64,000 bases of DNA, from positions 1 to 64,000 of the IMG/VR virus record IMGVR_UViG_3300032313_001281; one strand, given 5' to 3'. Of this stretch, positions 10,261 through 19,680 are shown one piece after another. A model generated the notes under the pieces. It worked only from the letters and a program-made list of their open reading frames with translations, ran no database searches and had not been told where the DNA came from. Within the stretch, counting starts at the first letter, position 1; each line of letters begins with the position of its first letter. This DNA is from a virus. A program made the translations under genes and the position numbers.

Positions 10261-10944
10261 CTATTCTGCTTTTGCAACAAATTCTTTGATCATTGGAAAG
10301 ATTGATTGTATAGCGTCAGCACATCCAACTGCTATTTGTCTGTGTTCTTTTTGAGTTTCGGGCCCTGACCGCAATTCAATATAGTGTAGCCAGCTACGTA
10401 GTGTACCTTGCATATACAATCTACTCACAGTGAGACCTTCTGGCAACACAGCTCTAGCTTGTTCTTTGGCAATGCCGTTGGCAATGGCCCAGTCATAAGC
10501 GTATTCGGCATCTTGTATCAGTTGCTCTTGCTTGACCTTCCACTGTTCCATTAGATTTTGTTCTTTAAGGGTCAGTCCACTCAGTGTAATACTGTTCTGA
10601 CGATTTTTGGTATCTTGTAGTCGAGCTTCTTTTAGTTCCCAACCCAGGTCCGCTACAGCATAACGCTGACTGAACTCTTGAAAGGAGAAGCTACGATGAC
10701 GCAGAATTTGACGTGCAATATCTCTAGTAGTTTCTATTTCCAAACACACTGACACCATTTCCAGTGGACTCCAGTGAGCGTGTTTGATAAGATAACGTAT
10801 GAGCTTTTCACTAGTTTCTGTGTTGGTTTGATTTGAAGGATTGCTTACTCGGGCACAGTAAGCCACAAGCTCTTGAGCATCAACAATGCCTTGAGCTTGT
10901 AGTTCTGTACTGGGTTGACTATAGCTTACCAGTGCAATCTTCAT
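10261..10944 (-). CDS. thyX: Flavin-dependent thymidylate synthase
   Basis: HWSPLE, RQILRHRSFSFQEFSQRY (ThyX motif), KEQARAVLP, TQKEHR. Confidence 0.96.
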   Translation of the reverse strand: MKIALVSYSQPSTELQAQGIVDAQELVAYCARVSNPSNQTNTETSEKLIRYLIKHAHWSPLEMVSVCLEIETTRDIARQILRHRSFSFQEFSQRYAVADLGWELKEARLQDTKNRQNSITLSGLTLKEQNLMEQWKVKQEQLIQDAEYAYDWAIANGIAKEQARAVLPEGLTVSRLYMQGTLRSWLHYIELRSGPETQKEHRQIAVGCADAIQSIFPMIKEFVAKAE

Positions 10945-11243
10945 ATCTTGCCCAACAACTTATCGGTTTCGGGCTGAACCAAATTGGCCACCGACGACAC
11001 ATCAACTACAAAATCTACATCGTGAATTTCATGGTCCATGTCACTGAATGTTCTAGTGAGCATGGCTTCCACTTCTTCTAACTCTAAGCCTTGTTTCTTT
11101 AGAGTATGTAGATTGATAGTTTTTTGTCTACCACCTTTTAGTTTGATCACTACTTTTTTAATGCACTCGAGGGGAATATCCGTTTTGTTTACATCTGCAA
11201 TAATGCGTTCCCAACGATCTAAGAAGTCATCATTGTGTTGCAT
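10941..11243 (-). CDS. Hypothetical protein (likely start MQHNDD)
   Basis: Open frame tightly overlapping both neighbours. Confidence 0.65.
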   Translation of the reverse strand: MQHNDDFLDRWERIIADVNKTDIPLECIKKVVIKLKGGRQKTINLHTLKKQGLELEEVEAMLTRTFSDMDHEIHDVDFVVDVSSVANLVQPETDKLLGKI

Positions 11244-11952
11244 CCGCCGCCACCTTGGTCTTTGCAGGACGGCCGCGTTTGCCAGTTTCAGCAATCACGG
11301 GTTGGGGGGCTTCTTTGGCTACAACACCTGGGTCCATACGTTGGGCATCTTTCTTCATTCTAGACGCTTCGGCAATCATAGACTTGGCTTCTTGTTCCAT
11401 CTTCTTGGCCTGGAACACCATGTTGGCAGCTATGTCTCTATCACTCAATGCACCATCCTGTGGTGCTTGGAATTTGGATACAGACTCGGTGGATTGTGTC
11501 CGGCTGGCCTTGTATTCGGCTTCAGCTTTGCGTTTGACTTCCGGTGCCACCATACCGCGGCTGGCATCATTTTGAGCCATTTTCTTAATGGCTTCCTCGC
11601 CCAGTTTCATTTCGTTCAACATCTTGTTCAACTCATCCAAACGAATTTTGCTCTGTGCGTTGGGAGTAATAATAATGTCACTGGTGCGTACTTTCTTTAT
11701 CATGCGCTCTTGGTGCAGAGTTTCGAGTATAGGACGGCCATCTGGCAAGAAGTTGCGATGAAGAGCATCGGCCAGTTCGTCGGCCTGTTGTGCTATGTCA
11801 CTTTCCACAACCTTCTGTATGGCCTGTTGCCAATGTGCCTGCAGGGTTTCTGGATAGACAATCAAGGCCATATGATCTTCACCTGGTACCTGTCGGAACA
11901 GGATGCAGACTTTACGGTCGCCGTGTTTGCCTATGTGTTTCATAAATGCCAT
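11230..11952 (-). CDS. Hypothetical protein with C-terminal coiled coil and basic KRGRP tail
   Basis: 240-aa ORF with upstream GGAG RBS. Confidence 0.75.
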   Translation of the reverse strand: MAFMKHIGKHGDRKVCILFRQVPGEDHMALIVYPETLQAHWQQAIQKVVESDIAQQADELADALHRNFLPDGRPILETLHQERMIKKVRTSDIIITPNAQSKIRLDELNKMLNEMKLGEEAIKKMAQNDASRGMVAPEVKRKAEAEYKASRTQSTESVSKFQAPQDGALSDRDIAANMVFQAKKMEQEAKSMIAEASRMKKDAQRMDPGVVAKEAPQPVIAETGKRGRPAKTKVAADATQ

Positions 11953-11953
11953 G

Positions 11954-12166
11954 TTATTCTCCTTTGAATTCGCTGGTATCGGCTGGTTCTTGAGTTTCTT
12001 GAGCCTGGGCCTGTGCTACTACTGCGGCAAGAAATGCCGTGAGCTTGTCATATACTTCGCCTACTTGTTTCATTTCGGCGGCACGGAAAGCGCCACGTGT
12101 GCTGGCCAAGTCAATGATGTTTTTGATCATATCGAGATCTGCGATTGTGATTTGTGTATCGTCCAT
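11954..12166 (-). CDS. Small hypothetical protein (start MDDTQI)
   Basis: ATG lies 5 nt after a TAAATA motif. The longer ORF-track start would lie inside a terminator. Confidence 0.65.
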   Translation of the reverse strand: MDDTQITIADLDMIKNIIDLASTRGAFRAAEMKQVGEVYDKLTAFLAAVVAQAQAQETQEPADTSEFKGE

Positions 12167-12212
12167 GCAGATATTTACGACTGTCTTTACGGCGTGATTT
12201 ATTTTTGCCAAG

Positions 12213-12240
12213 AAAAAACACCCCAAAGTGGGGTGTTTTG
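12213..12240 (-). terminator. Rho-independent terminator
   Basis: AAAACACCCC-ACTTT-GGGGTGTTTT hairpin running into a U-tract. Confidence 0.85.
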
Positions 12241-12255
12241 GTTAAACTGACGGAC

Positions 12256-12426
12256 TTATTTGTTGCGGAACCAGTAGTTGGCTGCAGCTATAGCCCAACA
12301 AAGTACAGCATTTAACAACTGTCCTTGACCAAAATAGATCAAGCCACTCATGATCATGGCACCAATGACGAACCAAGTGATTTCTGTAGCATTGGCCAAG
12401 TACCAATTTCTAAAACTTTCAAGCAT
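12256..12426 (-). CDS. Small membrane protein, 56 aa (not in ORF track)
   Basis: MLESFRNWYLANATEITWFVIGAMIMSGLIYFGQGQLLNAVLCWAIAAANYWFRNK*. Two hydrophobic segments; overlaps the upstream stop. Confidence 0.65.
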   Translation of the reverse strand: MLESFRNWYLANATEITWFVIGAMIMSGLIYFGQGQLLNAVLCWAIAAANYWFRNK

Positions 12427-13708
12427 GTGCTATTTCCTTTTCATAGTAAGCATGTTGCCCCCAGGGCGGAACCACAGTAGTGTTACCATGTATGATAAAC
12501 ACAGTATCACAATAGTTTTCATCACCCCACGATCCAAATGGATAACCGTCAGTGAACATGATGTGACGCTTGGGTTGTATGTCATTTTCTTTGAAATATT
12601 CAAACACACAATCAAAGTCAGTGCCACCACCACCGTGAATTTCATAATCTACTAGATTGTCCAAGTTCTCTGAATCATAGGTAGCAGGATTGTAAATCCG
12701 GGTATCAAAAGAAACCACATGCAGTTTATAAGCCGGGAAGCTATCCATGATACCTTGAGTTTCAGACAAGATGTCCTTGAGCATGGCTTCGCCCATGGAC
12801 CCAGACGCATCAATGCTGATGGCAATATCAATCATTTCATCGTTTTTCATACCCGGCATGACAGCGTCCATGTGCCAACCTCTACGACTGGCACGCATCC
12901 AGGTAAAGTCACTCTTGATTGTGGACTCCAATTGCATACGCAAAAATTCACGCCAGTTCATCTTGGGTGCAGTTATGTCCTGGATCAAGCGTCGGACACC
13001 TGCGGGCAAGTTGCCAGCACCATCTGACGCCGCGGCAGCTGCCAGGACTGCTTCTTTGATTTCATCACGGATCTTTTGACGATCCTCGGCTGACAGTTTG
13101 GGTTTCTTGCCCCGGCCATCTTTTTCGTCGCCATCATCGTCGTCTCCGCTGTTACCCTCGCCATCCAGGTGATCGTCCAAGAGCTTGTCGATGAGATCCG
13201 ACATGTTGATTTTTTCAGCATTTTCATACAGGTCGTCATAGATTTCTTCTGAACTCTTGCCTTCATACTTGCTGTCATACAAGCAAGGTACCGACGTAAT
13301 AAACTCGCCCACACGGTGTTTTTTCAAGTCGCCGTTGACAGCATAATCATTGGCCACATTGAACAACATGGGGTCACGGTCGCCTCTACGACCAAAGTGG
13401 TCATACACACAATGCAAGACCTCGTGACCAAACAAGAACTCAATCTCTTTGGGCCGGAGCATGTCAATGAATCGGCTATTGTAATAGAAATGACGTCCGT
13501 CTGTGGCCGCGGTGCTGCACCATTCGTCAGCGTTGACTAACTTAAGACGGGTGGCCAAGTTACCAAAGAAACTGGCACGGAGCAGTAAACCCACACGGGC
13601 TGTGATCAGCTTTTCACGCACTTCACGATCCAGTTTGGGATCCATGGGTCCGCATAGATCTTTGAACTTGTCACTTTCTTTTTTGTTTTGTGTGGTTGCT
13701 GTGCTCAT
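12419..13708 (-). CDS. Metallopeptidase-like HExxH domain plus vWA domain (DUF2201-type), MoxR partner
   Basis: TAATDG, HEVLH, acidic linker, DASGSM (MIDAS DxSxS), GGGGTDF, FTDGY. Confidence 0.88.
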   Translation of the reverse strand: MSTATTQNKKESDKFKDLCGPMDPKLDREVREKLITARVGLLLRASFFGNLATRLKLVNADEWCSTAATDGRHFYYNSRFIDMLRPKEIEFLFGHEVLHCVYDHFGRRGDRDPMLFNVANDYAVNGDLKKHRVGEFITSVPCLYDSKYEGKSSEEIYDDLYENAEKINMSDLIDKLLDDHLDGEGNSGDDDDGDEKDGRGKKPKLSAEDRQKIRDEIKEAVLAAAAASDGAGNLPAGVRRLIQDITAPKMNWREFLRMQLESTIKSDFTWMRASRRGWHMDAVMPGMKNDEMIDIAISIDASGSMGEAMLKDILSETQGIMDSFPAYKLHVVSFDTRIYNPATYDSENLDNLVDYEIHGGGGTDFDCVFEYFKENDIQPKRHIMFTDGYPFGSWGDENYCDTVFIIHGNTTVVPPWGQHAYYEKEIAHA

Positions 13709-13737
13709 ACTGCTCCTATTATCTGACTGTATATAAC

Positions 13738-13766
13738 ATTATAGCAAAAACGGATTTATTGGTCAA
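13738..13766 (-). promoter_or_regulatory. sigma70-type promoter for the vWA gene
   Basis: TTGACC-17 nt-TATAAT with extended TG. Confidence 0.8.
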
Positions 13767-14088
13767 CCAGGGCATTATTAAGGTATTTTAGCACAAACCA
13801 AGTCTGTTGGGCTTGATCGTAGAAATCCAGGTGTATTTCCATCTGATGAGTGTAACGATTAGACAAATCTTGACCAATACTGGAAAGAAAAGTGTTTTCA
13901 TCATCCGTATATTTCTCACTCCAGGGCACATAGGTTTTGTGCCTACGTACAGTGAATCCCAACTCTCTCCGACACACATAACTGATCAACACACGGGTTC
14001 CATAATCACATCCAAGACGATATTGTATGGGCTCCCAATCTTTGGGATTGTGGAATACGATCAGGCCGGGTTTGACGGTAATTTTCAT
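13756..14088 (-). CDS. Hypothetical protein, F-x-L-K-Y family
   Basis: C-terminal FYDQAQQTWFVLKY. Confidence 0.7.
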   Translation of the reverse strand: MKITVKPGLIVFHNPKDWEPIQYRLGCDYGTRVLISYVCRRELGFTVRRHKTYVPWSEKYTDDENTFLSSIGQDLSNRYTHQMEIHLDFYDQAQQTWFVLKYLNNALVDQ

Positions 14089-14366
14089 TGGCCAAATTTC
14101 AACAAGAATACTGTGTATTTTTTCTCATCTACAATCACATAGTCCAGATCAATGCCACCCAGCTTGTGATTCATAGCGAGTTTGATTCCGTAGTATTCTC
14201 TTATGTAATCTTCAAAGGTCAGGAAGCCTTGGCCTACGGGCACAGCCGCAGCCAACTGATCCCATTCTCGTTTGGCCTGTTGTAGACGTGCAAAATTTTG
14301 GGTATCCCCTCCAATCAAAGTATCCAGTCGGGCCGCTGTGTCGGCATAATAAGAATCCTTACTCAT
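14085..14366 (-). CDS. Hypothetical protein, F-x-L-K-F family
   Basis: C-terminal IVDEKKYTVFLLKFG; start MSKD. Confidence 0.7.
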   Translation of the reverse strand: MSKDSYYADTAARLDTLIGGDTQNFARLQQAKREWDQLAAAVPVGQGFLTFEDYIREYYGIKLAMNHKLGGIDLDYVIVDEKKYTVFLLKFGQ

Positions 14367-14637
14367 CTTCCCACCATTTAATCGTCTTTGCACGCAGTTT
14401 AATCATGGTAAACTCGTGCGGATCTATGGAGCGACGTATACCCCAGACAGGTTTGACCAAGTAAACACCATTGGCATTTTCCAACCAAACTCTACGGCTG
14501 TTGGACACAAAGTCGTCATGTGTTTTGAAACACATGCGGCCACCTTCTGCTGGCGAGCAGTTGGGCATGCACCAAAGATGCCACTGCTCCAGCGTGGCTT
14601 TCTTTGTGCGCTCGTCTAGTTCGTAATAGTAGTTCAT
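14359..14637 (-). CDS. Hypothetical protein
   Basis: 92-aa ORF overlapping the downstream start. Confidence 0.65.
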   Translation of the reverse strand: MNYYYELDERTKKATLEQWHLWCMPNCSPAEGGRMCFKTHDDFVSNSRRVWLENANGVYLVKPVWGIRRSIDPHEFTMIKLRAKTIKWWEDE

Positions 14638-14640
14638 GAT

Positions 14641-16158
14641 TTATTTGTTACAGTAAGATCTGGCTCTGGCCAATTCAGGAATATAGTCTTCTAACCTACT
14701 GTTTCTTGATTCATCTAGTTTGTCATTGTATTCAAAAAAACTTGTCAGCAATCTTGGATCGTATTCATGATTTTGATGCCTTGAAATCACTTCATCTACA
14801 AGGTTGTTGGTGTTTCTACCATTGTTATGATACACTTTGGTTTCTCTGCATCTATACATGGATTCCAATACTTGTTCCTTTAGAGGATTGTGCCAGGGGC
14901 CAAGATAGTTGTCTACAGTGCTGGCCGGTTGCACCAAAGTATTATGCCCAGGAAATTCACGATCATAAAACTCATAAACCTCATGTATTCTGGTAGCATT
15001 GTACATCATAAACACTGTCTGAAATGCCAGTTGATGTCCTTTTTCAATTATCTGATAGCAATTTTTTCTCACAGATTCAAAATCACTGCCCCACCTGATG
15101 TAATCATTGATTTTTTTATAGCCATCAAAGCTGACACTGAAATTTACCTGAGAAAATTCCTTCAGCAGATCCCATAAGGTGTTGCTGATCTTGTGTCCAT
15201 TGGTTCCAATGGTAAGATAAAAGTTTGTTTGATTTTGCTTGATACATCGTCGCAAAAAAGTATAAAATTCAGGTATAACTGTTGGATCACCACCGGTGTA
15301 ATGTATTCGTTTCACAGTGTCAAAGTTGATTTTGTCCCAGGGAAAATCTTGCATGCGCCATTGGTCAGTTCGAATCGGCCAGCCAATTTTCTTGTATTCT
15401 TTTTCAATAAGATGGCTATGCACGTCATCACACATCCTACACATGATATTGCACTTGTTACTTGGACGTATTTCAATGTATGCTGGATCTCTGACATCTT
15501 TGAGATCAGTTATGTTTTTCAGTCTTAGCTCCATGGCCCATTCTAACGATTCAAATTGTCTGGCAGATTCTCCATCGTGTTGTTCTCTTTCGTAGCATAC
15601 ACCGCAACGTTCGTGCATTTGAATTCCAGCCAACATATTATCTCTTATGACACCAAATGCTGGATCAGTTGACCAGTTGGTAATTTTTTCAATCTTGGTC
15701 ACAGGTGTGGGATTTTTTTGACATTGTACAACGTTGCCATAATCATTGTTTAACCCTATAAAAGGGTAAACGCAGACACTTTTGTTGGTTCTCAATAAGT
15801 CGTACCAATACAGTATGGTCTCATTTCCAAGATTGTTTCTGAACTCGGTAGCAATACCTTTTTTCTCCAACGCAATCATTAGTTTGAAGGTATGGACAAA
15901 TGATTTCCAGTGTGGATAACTGTCAATGTCTTGATCTATCATTACAACCAAATCAAAGTGCTTGGCCAAATTACTGATAATATCGCCAGAAGATATGTCT
16001 GCTATGCTGGTATGGTAGTAACCATTTTTAACAGGAGCAAAATGTTCTGAGGTAATAAGGCCATGATTAATGGCAGAATTTTTTTTGGCCAGTTCGATGA
16101 CCAAGATGTCGGTATTCTCAGTTTCGTTGCCAATACATAGTATTTTTTTATCGGGCAT
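14641..16158 (-). CDS. Radical SAM protein with an N-terminal twitch/SPASM-like Cys cluster
   Basis: CNIMCRMC, TGGDP, TNG, SFDG, YIRWGS; N-terminal CVYPF..C..CGVC. Confidence 0.88.
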   Translation of the reverse strand: MPDKKILCIGNETENTDILVIELAKKNSAINHGLITSEHFAPVKNGYYHTSIADISSGDIISNLAKHFDLVVMIDQDIDSYPHWKSFVHTFKLMIALEKKGIATEFRNNLGNETILYWYDLLRTNKSVCVYPFIGLNNDYGNVVQCQKNPTPVTKIEKITNWSTDPAFGVIRDNMLAGIQMHERCGVCYEREQHDGESARQFESLEWAMELRLKNITDLKDVRDPAYIEIRPSNKCNIMCRMCDDVHSHLIEKEYKKIGWPIRTDQWRMQDFPWDKINFDTVKRIHYTGGDPTVIPEFYTFLRRCIKQNQTNFYLTIGTNGHKISNTLWDLLKEFSQVNFSVSFDGYKKINDYIRWGSDFESVRKNCYQIIEKGHQLAFQTVFMMYNATRIHEVYEFYDREFPGHNTLVQPASTVDNYLGPWHNPLKEQVLESMYRCRETKVYHNNGRNTNNLVDEVISRHQNHEYDPRLLTSFFEYNDKLDESRNSRLEDYIPELARARSYCNK

Positions 16159-16265
16159 GGCTTATTTACGTATTAAATTTTAACCGTCACAAACTCTATC
16201 TAAGAGCATATTCTTGCTTTACAAAAACCAGCACAGACATCATGGTCACAACAACCCTGGGTGCA

Positions 16266-16493
16266 TCATGACCAATGTAATCCAAATACTGTAGCGTCAC
16301 GGGCATCTTCAAATCTAAACGCAAATCCTTCTGTGTTCTTGTATCCATGCAGGTGCCAACGCCCGTGCCCAGGATAACGATAGCACCACTCAGTGATAGC
16401 ATTTGGGGCCCGATCAGCATTGTGCAACATGATCTTCCAGGTAACAACAATCTCGGTCCAGTTGGGTGGTGGCCATAAGTCTAACTTAATCAT
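16266..16493 (-). CDS. Small hypothetical protein, F-x-L-x-W family
   Basis: FRFEDARDATVFGLHWS. Confidence 0.7.
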   Translation of the reverse strand: MIKLDLWPPPNWTEIVVTWKIMLHNADRAPNAITEWCYRYPGHGRWHLHGYKNTEGFAFRFEDARDATVFGLHWS

Positions 16494-16708
16494 TCAAACC
16501 GCATCCTAAAAAAGGTTTCCTGTACTGGGTCACGGAATATAAATCTGACCTCAGGATGTGCATGTAAACTGTCATCGTATCCATCATAGGGATCAGGTCG
16601 ATATTCCCAGGTAAAATCTTCATGTAAGATCAGGCCGGCGGTCAAGACCTGCTCCTTAAATTCCAAGGCTTCCTGTGCGTTTTGAACAAGAACTCGTATC
16701 ACGACCAC
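16490..16708 (-). CDS. Small hypothetical protein, F-x-L-R-W-like family
   Basis: FIFRDPVQETFFRMRFE. Confidence 0.7.
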   Translation of the reverse strand: MVVIRVLVQNAQEALEFKEQVLTAGLILHEDFTWEYRPDPYDGYDDSLHAHPEVRFIFRDPVQETFFRMRFE

Positions 16709-16914
16709 CTCAACCGGAACAGCACAGCATGCCGCTCATCTCGAAACATGTAGGTGCTTTTGTAATCTGTCATCATGCTAGCCATAATATCTTCTCCTAA
16801 CTTGTACCAGTCCAGATCAAATTGACCAATGTTGGCCTCACACCATTGTTGTACTTCGGGATAAGGATGCCTGGTGTAGCACACATAGGGCCACTCGGGA
16901 TCAGGCTGGCGCAT
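16699..16914 (-). CDS. Small hypothetical protein, F-x-L-R-W family
   Basis: QQWCEANIG...YMFRDERHAVLFRLRWS. Confidence 0.7.
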   Translation of the reverse strand: MRQPDPEWPYVCYTRHPYPEVQQWCEANIGQFDLDWYKLGEDIMASMMTDYKSTYMFRDERHAVLFRLRWS

Positions 16915-17245
16915 GCTGTCTCCATCGAAGTTCAAACATGGTCAAGGCTGAATCACTCACATAGATCCTGTATTCTTGATATCTACAACTGTAGGCCCAG
17001 TCAGTGTTGATGTAGCTGAAGTCGTGTACGTCTATGTTCATACGCACCTTGCTTTTGATCATCTCTATACGGGTCTCTACTTCCTGACTCCAACCATAGG
17101 TCGCATTGAACCACTTTCGTGCTTGATCAAAGTCCAGCACACCTGTGCCCTGACCCCACTCACGATTTTTATGGAATTCAATCATGTAGTTGAATTCTTC
17201 CCAGTGGGCGTATCTACGATCCAGGCGAGTAACGGTATAGTTCAT
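16901..17245 (-). CDS. Hypothetical protein, F-x-L-R-W family
   Basis: RKWFNATYG...YVSDSALTMFELRW. Confidence 0.7.
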   Translation of the reverse strand: MNYTVTRLDRRYAHWEEFNYMIEFHKNREWGQGTGVLDFDQARKWFNATYGWSQEVETRIEMIKSKVRMNIDVHDFSYINTDWAYSCRYQEYRIYVSDSALTMFELRWRQHAPA

Positions 17246-17350
17246 AGTTTTTCTAGTAAAATACAAAATATTTTGTTGTTACCTTGTCAGGGTTATTCCT
17301 TACAAACACTCTGGTTAGGCTGGTATAAGTGATTATAATGCTATCAAATT

Positions 17351-18397
17351 TTAACAAATCCGTTGATCTGATATTTTATTATCAATATATTTCCTTAGTT
17401 CACTGGTGTTTTCAAAAAAATTCTTTTTATACATTGGAAATTTTATTTTAAAATAATTTTCACACAGGTATTCCACATACGACTCCTCACTGATGTTAAG
17501 AGTAATAAGAATATCTATATTGTTTTTTACAGCATCAAATACGGTTTCACATAATTGTCTTGAATTTTTATTAGGAACTTTTGATACATAATCATTATGT
17601 ATACTTTCTGAAAAATAATCTAGATCAAAATCCATGCCAAAATAATTTCCAATATCGATCAACTCTTGTTTAAAAAGATTAATGTCGTAAATATTTCTCA
17701 AACTTAAAGAATACATATTAGGAAATTGCGTATTATTACATCTTGTAAAGTCAGGCATTTTAGAAGGTGGAGCCCGATGAAACCAAGACTTAAACATGTG
17801 TCTAATGACCCATCGCGGTGCATTGGTACTGTGTTTATCTAAATAAAATGGTTCAAAACCAAATACATTTACACATTCGTTGATAATATTTTCTGGTAGA
17901 TTCCAAAAATCATCTACCGAATTGATATCGGGCCAACTTGGGTCTTTTATATTGTTATATGGAGTAATGTCAGAGTATCGGTTGATATTATCAATAACTT
18001 CATGTAGCTCAGCTGTTGCTAATTTATTATAGGTATTTTCGGTCAGTAATTCCAGATCAATAGAAATGTTCGGACCCCGTCTTAGAGCAAGTTGTTTCAC
18101 GGTTATATCTTCTGCTGATTCAAAGTTTATTTTTATAAAAAATTCATCCTTTTTAATATGTTTAACTATTGGATCCATGTTATATTCCACTAAAGTTTGC
18201 CAAGGATGCCAACATTCAAAAAATTTATTTTTTCTATAAGTATCAGTTCCTGTTACGTTATGAAAGGTACCGCCCGGATCAATAGGATTGTTCACATATT
18301 TTCTTTTGGTAGCCAGGGTGTTTAATACAAATTCAATATAATGGCCATGGGTTCCTGAGTAAAAAATAATTTTAATTGGTAAATTTGATCTAAACAT
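17351..18397 (-). CDS. AT-rich hypothetical protein carrying a 'DPSWP' module
   Basis: 348-aa ORF, visibly more AT-rich than its flanks; contains YNNIKDPSWPDINSVDDFWNLP. Confidence 0.7.
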   Translation of the reverse strand: MFRSNLPIKIIFYSGTHGHYIEFVLNTLATKRKYVNNPIDPGGTFHNVTGTDTYRKNKFFECWHPWQTLVEYNMDPIVKHIKKDEFFIKINFESAEDITVKQLALRRGPNISIDLELLTENTYNKLATAELHEVIDNINRYSDITPYNNIKDPSWPDINSVDDFWNLPENIINECVNVFGFEPFYLDKHSTNAPRWVIRHMFKSWFHRAPPSKMPDFTRCNNTQFPNMYSLSLRNIYDINLFKQELIDIGNYFGMDFDLDYFSESIHNDYVSKVPNKNSRQLCETVFDAVKNNIDILITLNISEESYVEYLCENYFKIKFPMYKKNFFENTSELRKYIDNKISDQRIC

Positions 18398-18477
18398 TTT
18401 ATTCTTGCCATTATATTAAAAGATTGGAAGGCTGTAGCGACACAGCCTGTGAAATCCACAGCCTTCCGGGCCTATTT

Positions 18478-19563
18478 CTAGGCCGAAGCTTGCAGGATGT
18501 ACTTACCGTAGCGGTTGTGGAACTCATCAAAGTTCTTGAGCTTGGTAGGCTGAAACGGTAAGTTGTAAGTGGTAAGTGCAATTCTGGCACCCATAACAAC
18601 CAACTCGGTCTCAAAGTTCTTCATCATGTAGGCAAAGAAATGATCGGCCATTTCGTGGAACTGCTTGTCAGCAACCTTGCGTTCAATAGCACCTTTGAGC
18701 TCGTAGCACATACTGATCACCAAGCTGTACATGGCTGACACTTCTTTGACATCTAGATCCTTGACCTTGCCCGACAAGATATCTTCGGGTTTGGGCATGC
18801 GTCCAGCAATCTTACGGTGTGCCATGAACTTGACAGCAAGGCCTTCGCCCACAGTACCAGCAATCAAGTTCATGACAGTGTCATCATCACCATCTTCATC
18901 TTCTAAAAGCTGGCTCACAAATGTCCACGATCTTGGTGTTGCAAAGGCACGACTTGCACTTTTAGGATCAAAGTCATAGAGATCTTGTTTGGCAAAACTC
19001 AAATAACCTACCACGTCCTTGTGGATGTTGTTGTTGACTGCCCACTCTTGGTAGCTGGCAAAGTCCACACGCATCTCTTGGTGAATGAAACGATTGGCCA
19101 AGGGCGTGGGCATGCGGTATGTGACACCTTTGTCGCTTTCTCTGTTACCGGCAGCAACCAAGACCACGTTGTCGGGCAAGAAATATTTGCCCACTCTGCG
19201 ATTCAAAATCAATTGATAAGCCGCGGCCTGTACGCTAGGAGCCGCACTATTCATCTCGTCCAAGAACAGCACCACCATCGGATATTGATCAGCAAACTCT
19301 TTGGTAGGAAGATCTACAGGTTCAGCCCAGTCCATTTTACCTGAATCTTTGTTGTAGAAAGGAATACCACGAATGTCTGTGGGCTCCATTTGACCAAGAC
19401 GAAGGTCGATCATGTAACCACCAAGTTCCTGGGCAATATCGGCTACCAGTTCACTTTTACCAATACCAGGAGGACCCCACAGGAATAGCGGGCGTTTTTT
19501 TGCGAATGCTTTGAGCAAGCTCTTGCGAGCCTGCACCGATGTTACGGTTCTTGTGTCTGACAT
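18478..19563 (-). CDS. MoxR-family AAA+ ATPase
   Basis: Walker A GPPGIGKS, Walker B LFLDE, AAGNR, PLANRF, ATPRSW. Confidence 0.92.
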   Translation of the reverse strand: MSDTRTVTSVQARKSLLKAFAKKRPLFLWGPPGIGKSELVADIAQELGGYMIDLRLGQMEPTDIRGIPFYNKDSGKMDWAEPVDLPTKEFADQYPMVVLFLDEMNSAAPSVQAAAYQLILNRRVGKYFLPDNVVLVAAGNRESDKGVTYRMPTPLANRFIHQEMRVDFASYQEWAVNNNIHKDVVGYLSFAKQDLYDFDPKSASRAFATPRSWTFVSQLLEDEDGDDDTVMNLIAGTVGEGLAVKFMAHRKIAGRMPKPEDILSGKVKDLDVKEVSAMYSLVISMCYELKGAIERKVADKQFHEMADHFFAYMMKNFETELVVMGARIALTTYNLPFQPTKLKNFDEFHNRYGKYILQASA

Positions 19564-19616
19564 GGCTGTGTCCTTTTACGTACTTACTACAGGTTGAAAT
19601 TAACTACTATACGACT

Positions 19617-19645
19617 ATTATATAACAAAGGACTTTTGAGGTCAA
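19617..19645 (-). promoter_or_regulatory. sigma70-type promoter for the MoxR gene
   Basis: TTGACC-17 nt-TATAAT. Confidence 0.8.
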
Positions 19646-19680
19646 CCAGGCATTATTTAATGTTAGTGTATACTAACTTG

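Noticed and set aside
11038-11967. 309-aa plus-strand ORF and the many other antisense ORFs (e.g. 3926-4615)
   Set aside because: Shadow frames opposite convincing minus-strand genes, with no motifs or RBS.
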